A stretch of DNA of 64,000 bases. Origin: an uncultured beta proteobacterium (GTDB lineage: Bacteria; Pseudomonadota; Gammaproteobacteria; Burkholderiales; SG8-39). Location of the stretch: assembly GCA_963811085.1 (NCBI GenBank), contig CAWEPV010000010.1:35399-99398 (forward strand). The letters run 5' to 3'. Positions 20,099 to 31,105 of this stretch are shown in pieces. Below the pieces are notes generated by a model. It was not told the origin of the DNA, ran no database searches, and saw only the letters and a list, made by a program, of their open reading frames with translations. The translations under genes were made by a program, and so were the position numbers. The stretch's first letter is position 1, and each line of letters starts with the position of its first letter.

Positions 20099-22599
20099 CA
20101 GTCCTCCCGCACGGCGCGCACGGCGCCGATGCCCATCGCTTCGCGCCCGGAGAGGTAGGCGGTGAGCGCGGCGAGCGCGATCAGCACCGCGGTGAGTAAA
20201 GCCAACATTCCATAGGGAACGTGGGTCTCCATGCCCCAGTTGAACGACTGGCGGTTGACGACGTGGATCAGGATCTCGCCGATCGCAAAGCCGACCAGCA
20301 TGCCGGCGGCCGCGCCGAGAATGGCGAGCAGTCCGCCCTCGGTGGCGAGCATGGCGCCGATCTGGCCGCGCGTCATTCCCAGGTGCCTCAGCATGCCGAA
20401 CTCGCGCCGGCGCGCGAGCACGATCGCGCCCAGGCTCGAGGACAGGCCGAACATGCCCACCAGCACCGCCACAGCCTCGATCGCGTAGGTAATGGCGAAG
20501 CTGCGGTCGAAGATGCGAAGCGAGGCGCTGCGGATCTCGCCCGGGGTGGAAATCTCGAGCTCGCGCCCGCCGGGCAGCGCGCGCAGCGCGGCGATCGCAT
20601 TCTCGACCTTCGCCCCGGGTGCGACCCACAGCGCGGCGTCGTTCGCGCGCGCGTCGCCGGTAAGCTTCGCGTACTCGGACCGGTCGATGATGATCGCGCC
20701 CTGCTGGCGCGCGTAGTCGCGCCACACGCCGGCGACGACGAACGGCCGGCGCGCGCCGGCGAGCGGCAGCTCGATCTTCCTGCCCGGGCTGTAGCCGTAG
20801 ATCGCCTCCACCGCCTCGTTGATCCAGGCCGGCGGCGGATCGCCGGACTTGAGCGCGTAGCGCGGCCCGACCAGCGGGTAGGTCTTCACCACCCCGGCCT
20901 GCGGCAGGTCGCGCGCGAGCAGCGACACCGGCGGGCGGCTCGCATCGAGCGCGATGCGGGTGGTGCGCATGAACTCGGCGCGCGCGATCTGCGGCAGCGC
21001 GAGTACCTCGCGCTCGAACGCCGGATCGAGAAACGCGGTGTCGCCGCTCTGGGTGGTGCGGAAGTAGAAGTCCGCCGGCAGCACCCGGTCGAGCCAGTCG
21101 CTCACCGACTCGCGAAACGACGCCACCATGATCGCCATCGCGACCATGAGCGAGAAGCTGGCGACGATCGCCGCCAGGCTCACCATCGCCTGCCCCGGCG
21201 CGCCGCGCAGCTGCTCGAGCGCGAGCGCGGCCGGCACGCGCCGCGGCGGCGGCAGACGGTCGAACACCGCCTGCGCCAGGCGCGGCATGAGCGCGATCCC
21301 GCCCAGAAGCACGCAGGCGATCGCGGCGTAGCCGAACAAGGGCAGCCCGCCGACCGGCCCGAGCTCGATCATGCCCGCGCCGGCCGCGAGCAGCGCCAGG
21401 CCCGGCCAGGCCGACACCAGCGAGCCGAACATCGCCTGCTCGTCGCCCGCCTTCAGCGCGCGCGCGGGGGGGCGGCGCGCGGCGTCGAGCGCCGGCAGCG
21501 CCGCGCCGGCGAGCGCGATCGCGCTGCCAGCCGCGAGATACGCCAGCGCCATCCGCCAGTCGAACGCAAGCTCGGGCGACACGCCGCGGAAGAACCCGGC
21601 GCCGAGGTCGGCCCCGGTAAAGCGCAGCGCCAGCTTGGCCAGGCCCCAGCCGAGCGCGAGCCCGAGCGCGCTGCCCACCAGCCCGACCGCGCCCGCCTCG
21701 ATCAGTACCAGGCGCGCAATGCCGCGCCGCGGCAGGCCGAGCACGCGCAGCAGCGCGTGCTCGCCGCGCCGGCGCGCGACTTCGAGCGCCTGGGCCGAGA
21801 ACACCAGAAACCCACCGGTGAACAGCGCCACCAGCGCCAGGACGTTCATGTTGACCCGGTAGGCGCGCGAGGGATCGGCGCTTTCCGCCGCCGCCCTCTC
21901 CACCGGCACGACGAAGCTGCCCGCGGGCAACAGCGCGGCGATTCGTTCGCGCATCGCGGCGCGGTCGACGCCTTGCGCAAGGCGCAGGTCGATGCGGTTC
22001 AGCTCGCCCAGGCGCTCGAGGCGCCACTGCGCGGCCGCGACGTCGGTCAGCGCGACCTCGCCCGGCAGCGCCGCGGCCGGCAGCACGCCCGCCACCCGCA
22101 GCTCGACTCGCGCAAGACCCACCACCAGCGCGAGCCGGCCGCCCTTTTCGAGGCCCAGCGCGCGCGCGGCACTCGCCGAGAGCAGCACCCGGTCGGGCTC
22201 GAGCAGCGCCAGGCGTTCGCCCTGTCCGAGACCCGCGAACAGTTGCGGATGCATGCGCGCCGCGCGCAGCACGTCGAGTCCGAGCACCCGCAGCGTGCGC
22301 TCGGTGCCGGCGACGCCGGCGCGCAGATCGACGGCGGGGCTCGCCAGCGCGACCCCGGGCAGACGCGCGATGCGCGGGTACAGCGCCTCGGGAAAGCCGG
22401 TCCGCCCGCCGCGCACCTCGAGGTCCGCCGTGCCCGCCACTGCGCGCACCGCGGCGGCGAGCTCGTTGACCGCGGCGCGGTTGACCAGCTGCACGCCGAA
22501 AGCCAGCGCCACCCCGAGCGCGATGCCCGCCACCGACAGCGCCGCGCGCCCGCGCTGGTGCGCGAGGCGGGCGTTCAAGGCGAGGAACAGGCGCAGCAT
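20095..22599 (-). CDS. FtsX-like ABC transporter permease (duplicated MacB/FtsX architecture)
   Basis: GIALGVAL, RRGEHALLRVLG and RRREFGMLRHLG repeats; overlaps AttH gene start. Confidence 0.88.
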   Translation of the reverse strand: MLRLFLALNARLAHQRGRAALSVAGIALGVALAFGVQLVNRAAVNELAAAVRAVAGTADLEVRGGRTGFPEALYPRIARLPGVALASPAVDLRAGVAGTERTLRVLGLDVLRAARMHPQLFAGLGQGERLALLEPDRVLLSASAARALGLEKGGRLALVVGLARVELRVAGVLPAAALPGEVALTDVAAAQWRLERLGELNRIDLRLAQGVDRAAMRERIAALLPAGSFVVPVERAAAESADPSRAYRVNMNVLALVALFTGGFLVFSAQALEVARRRGEHALLRVLGLPRRGIARLVLIEAGAVGLVGSALGLALGWGLAKLALRFTGADLGAGFFRGVSPELAFDWRMALAYLAAGSAIALAGAALPALDAARRPPARALKAGDEQAMFGSLVSAWPGLALLAAGAGMIELGPVGGLPLFGYAAIACVLLGGIALMPRLAQAVFDRLPPPRRVPAALALEQLRGAPGQAMVSLAAIVASFSLMVAMAIMVASFRESVSDWLDRVLPADFYFRTTQSGDTAFLDPAFEREVLALPQIARAEFMRTTRIALDASRPPVSLLARDLPQAGVVKTYPLVGPRYALKSGDPPPAWINEAVEAIYGYSPGRKIELPLAGARRPFVVAGVWRDYARQQGAIIIDRSEYAKLTGDARANDAALWVAPGAKVENAIAALRALPGGRELEISTPGEIRSASLRIFDRSFAITYAIEAVAVLVGMFGLSSSLGAIVLARRREFGMLRHLGMTRGQIGAMLATEGGLLAILGAAAGMLVGFAIGEILIHVVNRQSFNWGMETHVPYGMLALLTAVLIALAALTAYLSGREAMGIGAVRAVREDW

Positions 22600-22633
22600 G
22601 GCGTGAGTGACCTGCCCTAACTATACTCACTCG

Positions 22634-23635
22634 GTGCTGCGTCTGATCGCCCTCGCGCTGTGTTTCGCTTTCGCGTCCGCTCGCGCGCAGGACGTCGCGC
22701 CGCACGCGATCGATATCCCGCCATGGTTCAGCCAGAGCTTCCTCGATCTGCGCGAGGACGTCGCCGACGCGGCGCAGGCCCACAAGCGCATGATGCTCTA
22801 CTTCGGCCAGGACGGCTGCCCCTACTGCGCCGCGCTGATGAAGACCAACTTCAGCCAGCGCGAGATCGTCGCCAAGGCGCGCACGAGCCTGTCGGCGATC
22901 GCGCTCAACATCTGGGGCGACCGCGACGTGACCTGGACCGACGGCAAGGTCAGGCGCGAGAAAGACTTCGCCGCGTTCCTGAACGTCCAGTTCACCCCTA
23001 CCCTGCTCTTTCTCGACGAGCGCGGACAGATCGTCGCGCGTCTGAACGGCTACTACCCGCCGCACCGCTTCGAGGCCGTGCTGGACTGGGTCGGAGGCCA
23101 TATGGAGAACAGGGTCCCGCTCGGCGAGTACCTGCAAAGCCACGTGCGCGACGCCGCGAGCGCGACACTGCACGATGAGCCGTTCTTCATCAAGGGGCCC
23201 ATCGACCTGCGCCGCGGCAAGAGCGCCAAACCGCTCGCGGTGCTATTCGAGACGCCCTACTGCGCCGGCTGCGACGAGCTGCACCGCGAAGGCTTCCAGC
23301 GGCCCGAGGTGAAAGCGCAGATCGCGAAGTTCGATGTCGCGCGGGTCTCGCTTTTGCAGCATGAAAAGATCATCGCCCCGGATGGGAAGTCCGTCCCCGC
23401 GTCCGAATTCGCAAGACTGCTCAAAATCACCTATACGCCCAGCATCGTCTTCTTCGACCGGCACGGGCGCGAGGTGTTCCGCATCGAGGCCTACCTGCGG
23501 CCGTTCCACCTCGCCGGCTCGTTCGAGTACGTGTCTTCCGGCGCCTACCGCAAGCAGCCTTCGTTCCAGCGCTTCCTGCGGGCCAAGGCCGAGCGCATGC
23601 GCGCGCGCGGCCAGGCGGTCGAGCTGTGGAAGTGA
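22634..23635 (+). CDS. Periplasmic tandem thioredoxin-fold protein (SoxW-like)
   Basis: Signal-like N-terminus; two domains with CPYC/FTPT and CAGC/YTPS; start may be 22607. Confidence 0.8.
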   Translation: MLRLIALALCFAFASARAQDVAPHAIDIPPWFSQSFLDLREDVADAAQAHKRMMLYFGQDGCPYCAALMKTNFSQREIVAKARTSLSAIALNIWGDRDVTWTDGKVRREKDFAAFLNVQFTPTLLFLDERGQIVARLNGYYPPHRFEAVLDWVGGHMENRVPLGEYLQSHVRDAASATLHDEPFFIKGPIDLRRGKSAKPLAVLFETPYCAGCDELHREGFQRPEVKAQIAKFDVARVSLLQHEKIIAPDGKSVPASEFARLLKITYTPSIVFFDRHGREVFRIEAYLRPFHLAGSFEYVSSGAYRKQPSFQRFLRAKAERMRARGQAVELWK

Positions 23636-23648
23636 GGGGGCAACCCTT

Positions 23649-25013
23649 TCATCGGTCGACGCCCCAGATCGTGTACCGTACCGCGACGACTGACGCGACC
23701 CCATAGGCCGCCATCCCGAGCGCGACGAGCGCGAATATGGTCCACGACGGCGCATGGGCGGCGGCAAGAATCCAGCCGCCGAGCGCGATCAGAACCAGCC
23801 TGAGCGTGCCGGCGAGCACGGGGCCGCCGACCTTGCCGGCGGCGAGCGACGAGAAATAGAGACAAAGCCCCAGTCCGAACAGCCCATAGCAGGGGCCTGC
23901 CCAGTGAAAGTAGAGCGCGGCCGAAGCGAGCACCTCTGGCGCCTGCGTAAAGCGAGCAGTCCACAAATCGGGCGCGACGGCCACGATGAGCCCGAGCGCG
24001 CCGAGCAGCGCGCTGGCGAGCGCGGCCGCGATCCAGGTCACGCACCGGGCGCGGGAGATCCTGTGCGCGCCGATTGCCATTCCCACCAGCGGCACCGATG
24101 CCACGCCGATGGCGAATCCGATGGGGATGAGCAGGAATTCGAGCCGGGTGCCGATACCGTAGCCGGCCAGAGCAGTGGTGCCGAATTGCGCGACCAGTCG
24201 GGTGAGAATCAGAATCGTGAGCACCGTCTGCAGCGGCGAGATGCACGCGAGCGCGCCAACTCTCAGAATGTCGCGCATCAGCTCGCGCCGCAGCGGGCTC
24301 GCGCGCAGCGACAGCCGGACCCGCGAGCGGCGCGATCGCAGGTAGCCATACAGAAACACCGCGCCCAGCGAGTACGCGAGCGCCTGGCCGACCGCGACGC
24401 CGGGCATGCCCAGGCGGAGAAACGGTCCCCAGCCGAGGCCGAGCGCGCCGCCAACCAGCGCCTGCAGCACGGAGACCGTAAGGAAAGTTGCCGCCGGCAC
24501 CGGCATGTTGCCCGAGCCGCGGATCACTGAGGCGAAAGTGTTCATGAGCCAAACGCCGAGCGAGCCGACGAAGGCGACGTTCGAATACGCGACCGCCTGC
24601 GCCAGCGCCTCGCCGCGGCCGCCGAGCGCTGCAAACATCGCCGGCCCCAGGACGAGCATCAGCGCCGAGTACAGCGCTCCCCCCGCCAGCCCGATCCACA
24701 GCGCGTGCACGGCAAGGGCGTTCGCGCGCGCGCCGTCGGCGGCACCGAGCGCGCGGCTCACGGCGGACGACACGCCGCCGCCCATCGCCCCGCCCGAGAG
24801 CATCATCTGCAGCATCACCATCGGAAATACGAGCGCCATTCCGGCCAGCGAGGTCACGCCGAGCTTGCCGACATAGGTCGTCTCGGCGATCGTCGCCAGT
24901 GCGGTGGCCAGCATGGCGACCATGTTCGGCAGCGCAAAACGCGCCAGCGTCGGCAATATCGCCGCCGCGAGCAGCGGGTCTTGAGATTTCGGAGTCAGCG
25001 CGACGCTTGACAT
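23649..25013 (-). CDS. MATE family efflux transporter
   Basis: About 12 TM segments, LARFALPN, RGSGN, AGYGIGTRLE. Confidence 0.88.
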   Translation of the reverse strand: MSSVALTPKSQDPLLAAAILPTLARFALPNMVAMLATALATIAETTYVGKLGVTSLAGMALVFPMVMLQMMLSGGAMGGGVSSAVSRALGAADGARANALAVHALWIGLAGGALYSALMLVLGPAMFAALGGRGEALAQAVAYSNVAFVGSLGVWLMNTFASVIRGSGNMPVPAATFLTVSVLQALVGGALGLGWGPFLRLGMPGVAVGQALAYSLGAVFLYGYLRSRRSRVRLSLRASPLRRELMRDILRVGALACISPLQTVLTILILTRLVAQFGTTALAGYGIGTRLEFLLIPIGFAIGVASVPLVGMAIGAHRISRARCVTWIAAALASALLGALGLIVAVAPDLWTARFTQAPEVLASAALYFHWAGPCYGLFGLGLCLYFSSLAAGKVGGPVLAGTLRLVLIALGGWILAAAHAPSWTIFALVALGMAAYGVASVVAVRYTIWGVDR

Positions 25014-25050
25014 AGGTGTATATGCACATACAATGTGTGCATATGCACCT
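25014..25050. promoter_or_regulatory. Double palindromic operator, probable MarR-family binding sites
   Basis: GTGTATATGCAC and GTGCATATGCAC within a larger inverted repeat AGGTG...CACCT between divergent MATE and MarR genes. Confidence 0.7.
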
Positions 25051-25071
25051 TTTGTCAAGCGGGAGAGCCCG

Positions 25072-25515
25072 ATGAGTTCTGAATCCGAGTCCGGACCGCA
25101 GCTGTGCAACTGCCTGGCGCTGCGCCAGGCGGCGCGCCAGGCGACCCAGCTCTACGACCGTCACCTCGCCGCGGCGGAACTGCGCACGACCCAGTTCTCG
25201 GTCCTGGTGAATCTCCGCCGTCTCGGTCCCATGACCATCAACCGGCTCGCCGCCGAAATGGTCATCGACCGGACGACGCTCGGGCGCAACATCCTGCCGC
25301 TCGAGCGCGACGGCCTGATCGCCATCCGGCAAGGAGCCACAGACAAGCGCCGCAAGGAGCTCGAGCTCACGAAGGCGGGATTCGAGCGCCTGCGCCGCGC
25401 GGCGAAGCTCTGGTCCAACGCGCAAGCGGACTTCGAGGCGCAGTTCGGCGCCGAGCGTGCCGCCGCGCTGCGGGCGGAGTTGCGCGAGGTAGCCTCAATC
25501 GGCTCCCGGCAATGA
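25072..25515 (+). CDS. MarR family transcriptional regulator
   Basis: [11 protein letters not shown]...[20 protein letters not shown]. Confidence 0.9.
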   Translation: MSSESESGPQLCNCLALRQAARQATQLYDRHLAAAELRTTQFSVLVNLRRLGPMTINRLAAEMVIDRTTLGRNILPLERDGLIAIRQGATDKRRKELELTKAGFERLRRAAKLWSNAQADFEAQFGAERAAALRAELREVASIGSRQ

Positions 25516-26045
25516 ACCAGGAATCGACCCTCGCCCGCTGGCGCGCAGAAGAAAGCGAAGTCGCCGCAAAGCTATCGGGCCAAGTCGGCTGGGCGCGCCC
25601 AGAACAGGTGGCCGGCCTGTCTGGCCTCGAGGTGTTCGAGGCGATGTTCGCCGGGCGCCTGCCCCGCCCCCCGATCGGCGACACGCTCGACTTCATGCCC
25701 ATCCGCATCGAACGCGGCCTAGCCGTGTTCCAGGGCCGGCCGCGCACGAAACACTACAACCCCATGGGCAGCGTGCACGGCGGCTGGTTCGCCACCCTGC
25801 TCGACTCGGCGGTCGGCTGCGCAGTGCATTCGACGCTGCCCGCCGGCAAGGGCTACACCACGCTGGAACTGAAGCTCAACATCGTCCGCGCGCTGACCGA
25901 TGCGGTGCCCTTGGTGCGCGCGGAAGGACGCGTGATTCACGCCGGGCGGCAGGTCGCCACCGCCGAAGGCCGGCTGGTGGGCGCGGACGACAAACTGTAC
26001 GCCCACGCCACCACGACCTGCCTCATTTTCGATCGTCCGGGCTAG
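25512..26045 (+). CDS. PaaI family thioesterase
   Basis: [11 protein letters not shown]...LDSA; ATGA overlap with MarR. Confidence 0.9.
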   Translation: MNQESTLARWRAEESEVAAKLSGQVGWARPEQVAGLSGLEVFEAMFAGRLPRPPIGDTLDFMPIRIERGLAVFQGRPRTKHYNPMGSVHGGWFATLLDSAVGCAVHSTLPAGKGYTTLELKLNIVRALTDAVPLVRAEGRVIHAGRQVATAEGRLVGADDKLYAHATTTCLIFDRPG

Positions 26046-26878
26046 GCCGGCCGGTCGCCCGCCAGCGTGATCCGGTGCATCAGGCGCCGGTGGCCGTGAT
26101 AGTCGTTGACCGGGTTGTGCTGCGCACAGCGGTTGTCCCACAGCGCGATCGAGCCGGGTTGCCAGGCGAAGCGGCAGGTGAACTCGGGCCGGATCTGGTG
26201 GCGGAAAAGGTACTCCAGCAGCGGGCGCGACTCCTCCTCGCTCCAGCCGACGAAGCGCGCGCTGTGGGCGACGTTGACGTACAGCGCCTTCCTGCCGCTC
26301 TCGGGATGGGTGCGCACCACCGGGTGCTCGGCGTTGAATTCCTTCTTCTCGCCGCCGGTACCGCCGGACTTGATGCGGTCCTCGCGCGTGCGCGTGACAT
26401 CGGCGCGCGCCGAGGAATTGACCGCGCGCAGGCCTTCGAGCGTGCGCTTGAGGCCTTCCGAAAGGGTCTCGTAGGCGAGGTACATGTTGGCGAACTCGGT
26501 GTCGCCGCCGTAGGGCGGCAGCTCGCGCGCGAGCAGCATCGAGGCCATCGGCGGCACTTCGAGGTAGGAAGTGTCGGAGTGCCAGATGCCGCCGAAGTTG
26601 ACCGTCTCGTGCTCGAGCTTCTTGACCTCGATGATCTCCGGGAAGCCCTCGATGCCGCGCACGAACGGGTACTCGACCGGGGTGCCCCAGCCCCGCGCGA
26701 ACGCCATGTACTGCTCGGGGGTCAGGTCCTGGCCGCGGAAAAAGAGCACCAGGTGCTCGAGCCAGGCCCGGCGCAGCTCGGCCGCGGCACCGGCCGGCAG
26801 CGGCCGCGACAGGTCGACCCCGCTCACCTCGGCGCCCAGGGCGCCGGCGATGCGCCTGACTTGAATTCCGGAGGGCAT
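26042..26878 (-). CDS. TauD/TfdA family alpha-ketoglutarate-dependent dioxygenase
   Basis: [22 protein letters not shown] motifs. Confidence 0.92.
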   Translation of the reverse strand: MPSGIQVRRIAGALGAEVSGVDLSRPLPAGAAAELRRAWLEHLVLFFRGQDLTPEQYMAFARGWGTPVEYPFVRGIEGFPEIIEVKKLEHETVNFGGIWHSDTSYLEVPPMASMLLARELPPYGGDTEFANMYLAYETLSEGLKRTLEGLRAVNSSARADVTRTREDRIKSGGTGGEKKEFNAEHPVVRTHPESGRKALYVNVAHSARFVGWSEEESRPLLEYLFRHQIRPEFTCRFAWQPGSIALWDNRCAQHNPVNDYHGHRRLMHRITLAGDRPA

Positions 26879-26888
26879 GAATCAATTT
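26860..26888 (+). promoter_or_regulatory. Possible sigma-32 promoter for htpG
   Basis: Perfect CTTGAA -35, 15-nt spacer, weak -10 ATCAATTT (consensus CCCCATNT). Confidence 0.3.
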
Positions 26889-26923
26889 ATCATACGCGCC
26901 GCGATTCTTTGCAGGAGGCAGTC

Positions 26924-28792
<1,869 letters not shown>

Positions 28793-28850
28793 TCCGACGG
28801 ACCCGCTCTTGCGTCAATTGCTTGCTGATCCGGAGTGGCTCTTTCGCAAT

Positions 28851-28874
28851 GTCCGCTTTCGGCCAGAAGCAGAC
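28851..28874 (+). repeat. REP-like hairpin repeat, copy R1
   Basis: GTCCGCTTT-CGGCCA-GAAGCAGAC imperfect stem-loop; related to copies at 29965 and 31082. Confidence 0.55.
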
Positions 28875-29136
28875 TCTGGCATGTCGCCCTCGCCGCCCGA
28901 AGAATCGGCTCAACACTTCGCTTGCCTGTTGCCAGGCATAGCCGTGTCTCCAAAGGGATTTGGACCCTTTATGACCGAGTTCGTCCTGCTGCCCGAGGTT
29001 CTGCTTCAGGCGACAGATGACTGGTGGGCTCGCAGTTGTCAATTTGTGCTGCCACTCGCTCGTGCGCAAGAGCGCTGAGGCGCACCCGTGAAGTTAGTGA
29101 TGCTCTCATCGGGCGAAGGTATGCTACAAAACCGAT

Positions 29137-29931
29137 ATGGAATCGTGGCCGCAAGATTTGATCTATCGCCGTACTGCGTCCGGCGACAAGGCGTTGCTCT
29201 CGAACGATGCGAAAGTTCCCCCTGAGTACCGCCGGATTCTTGGGGTAATGGAAGGGGTAACACACGCGGATATCATCCGGGGACTCCTACGACAATTCCC
29301 GGATGAGCTGCTGGGAGACTGGCTGTCCGAGATGGAAGAGGTTGGATTTGTCGTTTCAGCTCCCGCTGACCCGACCCATGATCTCGACTTTACCGGCCCG
29401 ACGAGGAAGGCGCAGGTCGAACCGAGAGTCGTGACGCCGGACGATACAAATCGGCTCGAAAGGCAGGCGCTTGCAGCCCGCTCGGCGCTCAATCGTGCAG
29501 GCGCCTATCTCTCTCCGGACCGTCTCGCAAACCGCCAGCCGCTTGCCAAAGTCCCGGGCGAGATCGCGGTCCTGATCGTGGAAGACGACCCGGACCAGGC
29601 AGCTTTGGCCAACTTGCGGGTGAGCGCGGGAGGTTACTCCGTCCGTATCGCACGAGACTGCAAAGAGCTGGTTGCGGACATTGGCGCGCGCGCGGTTCCG
29701 GATTTAGTTTTGCTTGACGTCATGCTGCCGGACGGCAACGGTTTTGACATGCTGACGAGCATCCGGCGCCACCCGAAACTCGCCTTGCTCCCGGTCGTAA
29801 TGCTGACGGTGCTGGCCAAACCCGAAGAGGTGCGACGCGGCCTTAGCCTCGGCGCCGACGGCTACATCACCAAGCCCTACAGCAAGAGAGTCCTCACTGA
29901 GATCATTCGCAGCGTCCTCAAGCACGGCTAG
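29137..29931 (+). CDS. Orphan response regulator: uncharacterised N-terminal domain + C-terminal receiver domain
   Basis: REC motifs VEDD, LLDVMLP, MLT, YITKP; N-terminal ~90 aa resemble 57019..57309. Confidence 0.88.
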   Translation: MESWPQDLIYRRTASGDKALLSNDAKVPPEYRRILGVMEGVTHADIIRGLLRQFPDELLGDWLSEMEEVGFVVSAPADPTHDLDFTGPTRKAQVEPRVVTPDDTNRLERQALAARSALNRAGAYLSPDRLANRQPLAKVPGEIAVLIVEDDPDQAALANLRVSAGGYSVRIARDCKELVADIGARAVPDLVLLDVMLPDGNGFDMLTSIRRHPKLALLPVVMLTVLAKPEEVRRGLSLGADGYITKPYSKRVLTEIIRSVLKHG

Positions 29932-29964
29932 CGGGGCGAACGCAGCCGAAGGTTGGCGCACTAA

Positions 29965-29990
29965 CGTCTGCTCTGGGTCGAGAGCGGACG
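29965..29990 (+). repeat. REP-like hairpin repeat, copy R2
   Basis: CGTCTGCTCT-GGGTCG-AGAGCGGACG stem-loop. Confidence 0.6.
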
Positions 29991-30001
29991 CTCATGATCC
30001 G

Positions 30002-30187
30002 GTTGAGCCGCGACCCACACTCCAGCACGTCACACCCTGAACCGACGGCGCCGAGCGTAGCTGCTGGAACTGCACGCACTCGACGGGCTACGACGGTGAA
30101 CACCTGTGGTGCGAGCACCACCGACAGGTGGTTGTCGACCCGTGCGGCTGGTGGAAACGTGACGCGGGGTGCGATCCGAACGATTAG
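30002..30187 (+). pseudogene. Cys/Trp-rich microprotein copy A, with in-frame TGA at 30038 and no clear start codon
   Basis: Frame reads VEPRPTLQHVTP*TDGAERSCWNCTHSTGYDGEHLWCEHHRQVVVDPCGWWKRDAGCDPND*; homologous to 30722..30825. Confidence 0.55.
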
Positions 30188-30216
30188 TTCGCTTTAGATA
30201 TCTTCAGCTGAGCGCC

Positions 30217-30243
30217 AAAAACAAACGGAAGCCGAAGCTCCCG
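30217..30243 (-). terminator. Rho-independent terminator
   Basis: Minus strand CGGGAGC-TTCG-GCTTCCG followed by TTTGTTTTT. Confidence 0.7.
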
Positions 30244-30360
30244 ACTGGGGTTTCCGCCCGGCTGAATCAAGCTGCAAGTGAGTTCTGCTTCCGGGGACGC
30301 AGCACGAAATCCATCAGACCGTGGCCCGCGTCGTACGACCGGCAGCGAGTGGGCGTTGTC

Positions 30361-30522
30361 CTAATGCAGGGCGCGACCTAGACGTTGTAGCGCTCTTTCT
30401 GCTTCTTCTTCGAGGTCGTCCTCTGACATGACCGCAAGCGACATCGCCACAACACCGACCAAGCATCCAATCATCAGACAAACAATCACTATCCCAACAA
30501 TCGCTAACCCGATAGTGCTCAT
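30361..30522 (-). CDS. Single-TM microprotein (53 aa), below the ORF-track cutoff
   Basis: GGAGG RBS + ATG; MSTIGLAIVGIVIVCLMIGCLVGVVAMSLAVMSEDDLEEEAERALQRLGRALH. Confidence 0.6.
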   Translation of the reverse strand: MSTIGLAIVGIVIVCLMIGCLVGVVAMSLAVMSEDDLEEEAERALQRLGRALH

Positions 30523-30721
30523 TCTCACCCTCCAGTCTACGGTCGTTACGGATCTGCAAGGACCTAGACTGATAAGAGGAACGCAATGTTTGTGCCAAAA
30601 ATGCTAGAACTGGTCAATCAAACGATTAGAGGGAATCATTAAAGCGATCCGGAAATTCCGCCGTCGCCTTAGCCCGACATAAATAGAGGCCAATACTTTC
30701 CTTAGCGACGTCACTCAGGCG

Positions 30722-30825
30722 ATGCACTCGAGTGGCAATAGCGGCGTGCACCTGTGGTGTAAGCAGTGTCGGCTGGTCGTGATCGATCCCTGCGGTTGTT
30801 GGGCGCGCCGCGCGGGGTCGACTAG
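30722..30825 (+). pseudogene. Cys/Trp-rich microprotein copy B, 5'-truncated with a 1-nt deletion near the end
   Basis: HSSGNSGVHLWCKQCRLVVIDPCGCWARRAG aligns codon by codon with copy A. Confidence 0.5.
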
Positions 30826-31001
30826 GGAAGAGCCCGCACGGCTTCGCTCGCCCTCTTTTGCGCACGCTCAGCCACGATCTCATCGTAGCACTCGGCGCAC
30901 ACGGCCCGTTCTCCCTTTGCTCCAGGCAGTATTCGGAAGGTCGCGCGCGGCTTGGCGTGCTGGCCGTGAAAACAGTATTTCAGTGGATTGAGGTTCGTCA
31001 C
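30822..31001 (-). CDS. Putative Zn-binding microprotein (59 aa)
   Basis: GTG start; NLNPLKYCFHGQH...AVCAECYDEIVAERAQKR gives a C-x4-H...CxxC ligand pattern. Confidence 0.55.
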   Translation of the reverse strand: MTNLNPLKYCFHGQHAKPRATFRILPGAKGERAVCAECYDEIVAERAQKRASEAVRALP

Positions 31002-31081
31002 CGTATGTTGCCGATCATGCGCGCCGATTGCACGTGCGCAGATGCGACGATGATCGCAAACATAAGGAAGCATCTATGGTC

Positions 31082-31105
31082 GACCGCTTCGGGTCGAAAA
31101 CGGTC
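31082..31105 (+). repeat. REP-like hairpin repeat, copy R3
   Basis: GACCGCTTC-GGGTCG-AAAACGGTC; same GGGTCG loop as R2. Confidence 0.55.

Noticed and set aside
19031-23173. 1380-aa ORF as one giant protein
   Set aside because: Only the last 355 aa (AttH-like) look real; the rest is an Arg/Ala-rich shadow frame over the permease and thioredoxin genes
26075-26923. N-terminal extension of HtpG (905-aa ORF)
   Set aside because: It is antisense to the TauD gene; RBS and homology place the start at 26924
30038-30040. In-frame TGA as selenocysteine
   Set aside because: The position is not part of the Cys pattern, the start codon is also missing, and no SECIS was identified; a Trp-to-stop change is simpler
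28851-31105. Hairpin repeats as a CRISPR array
   Set aside because: Copies are divergent, about 1.1 kb apart with genes between them, and no cas genes are present
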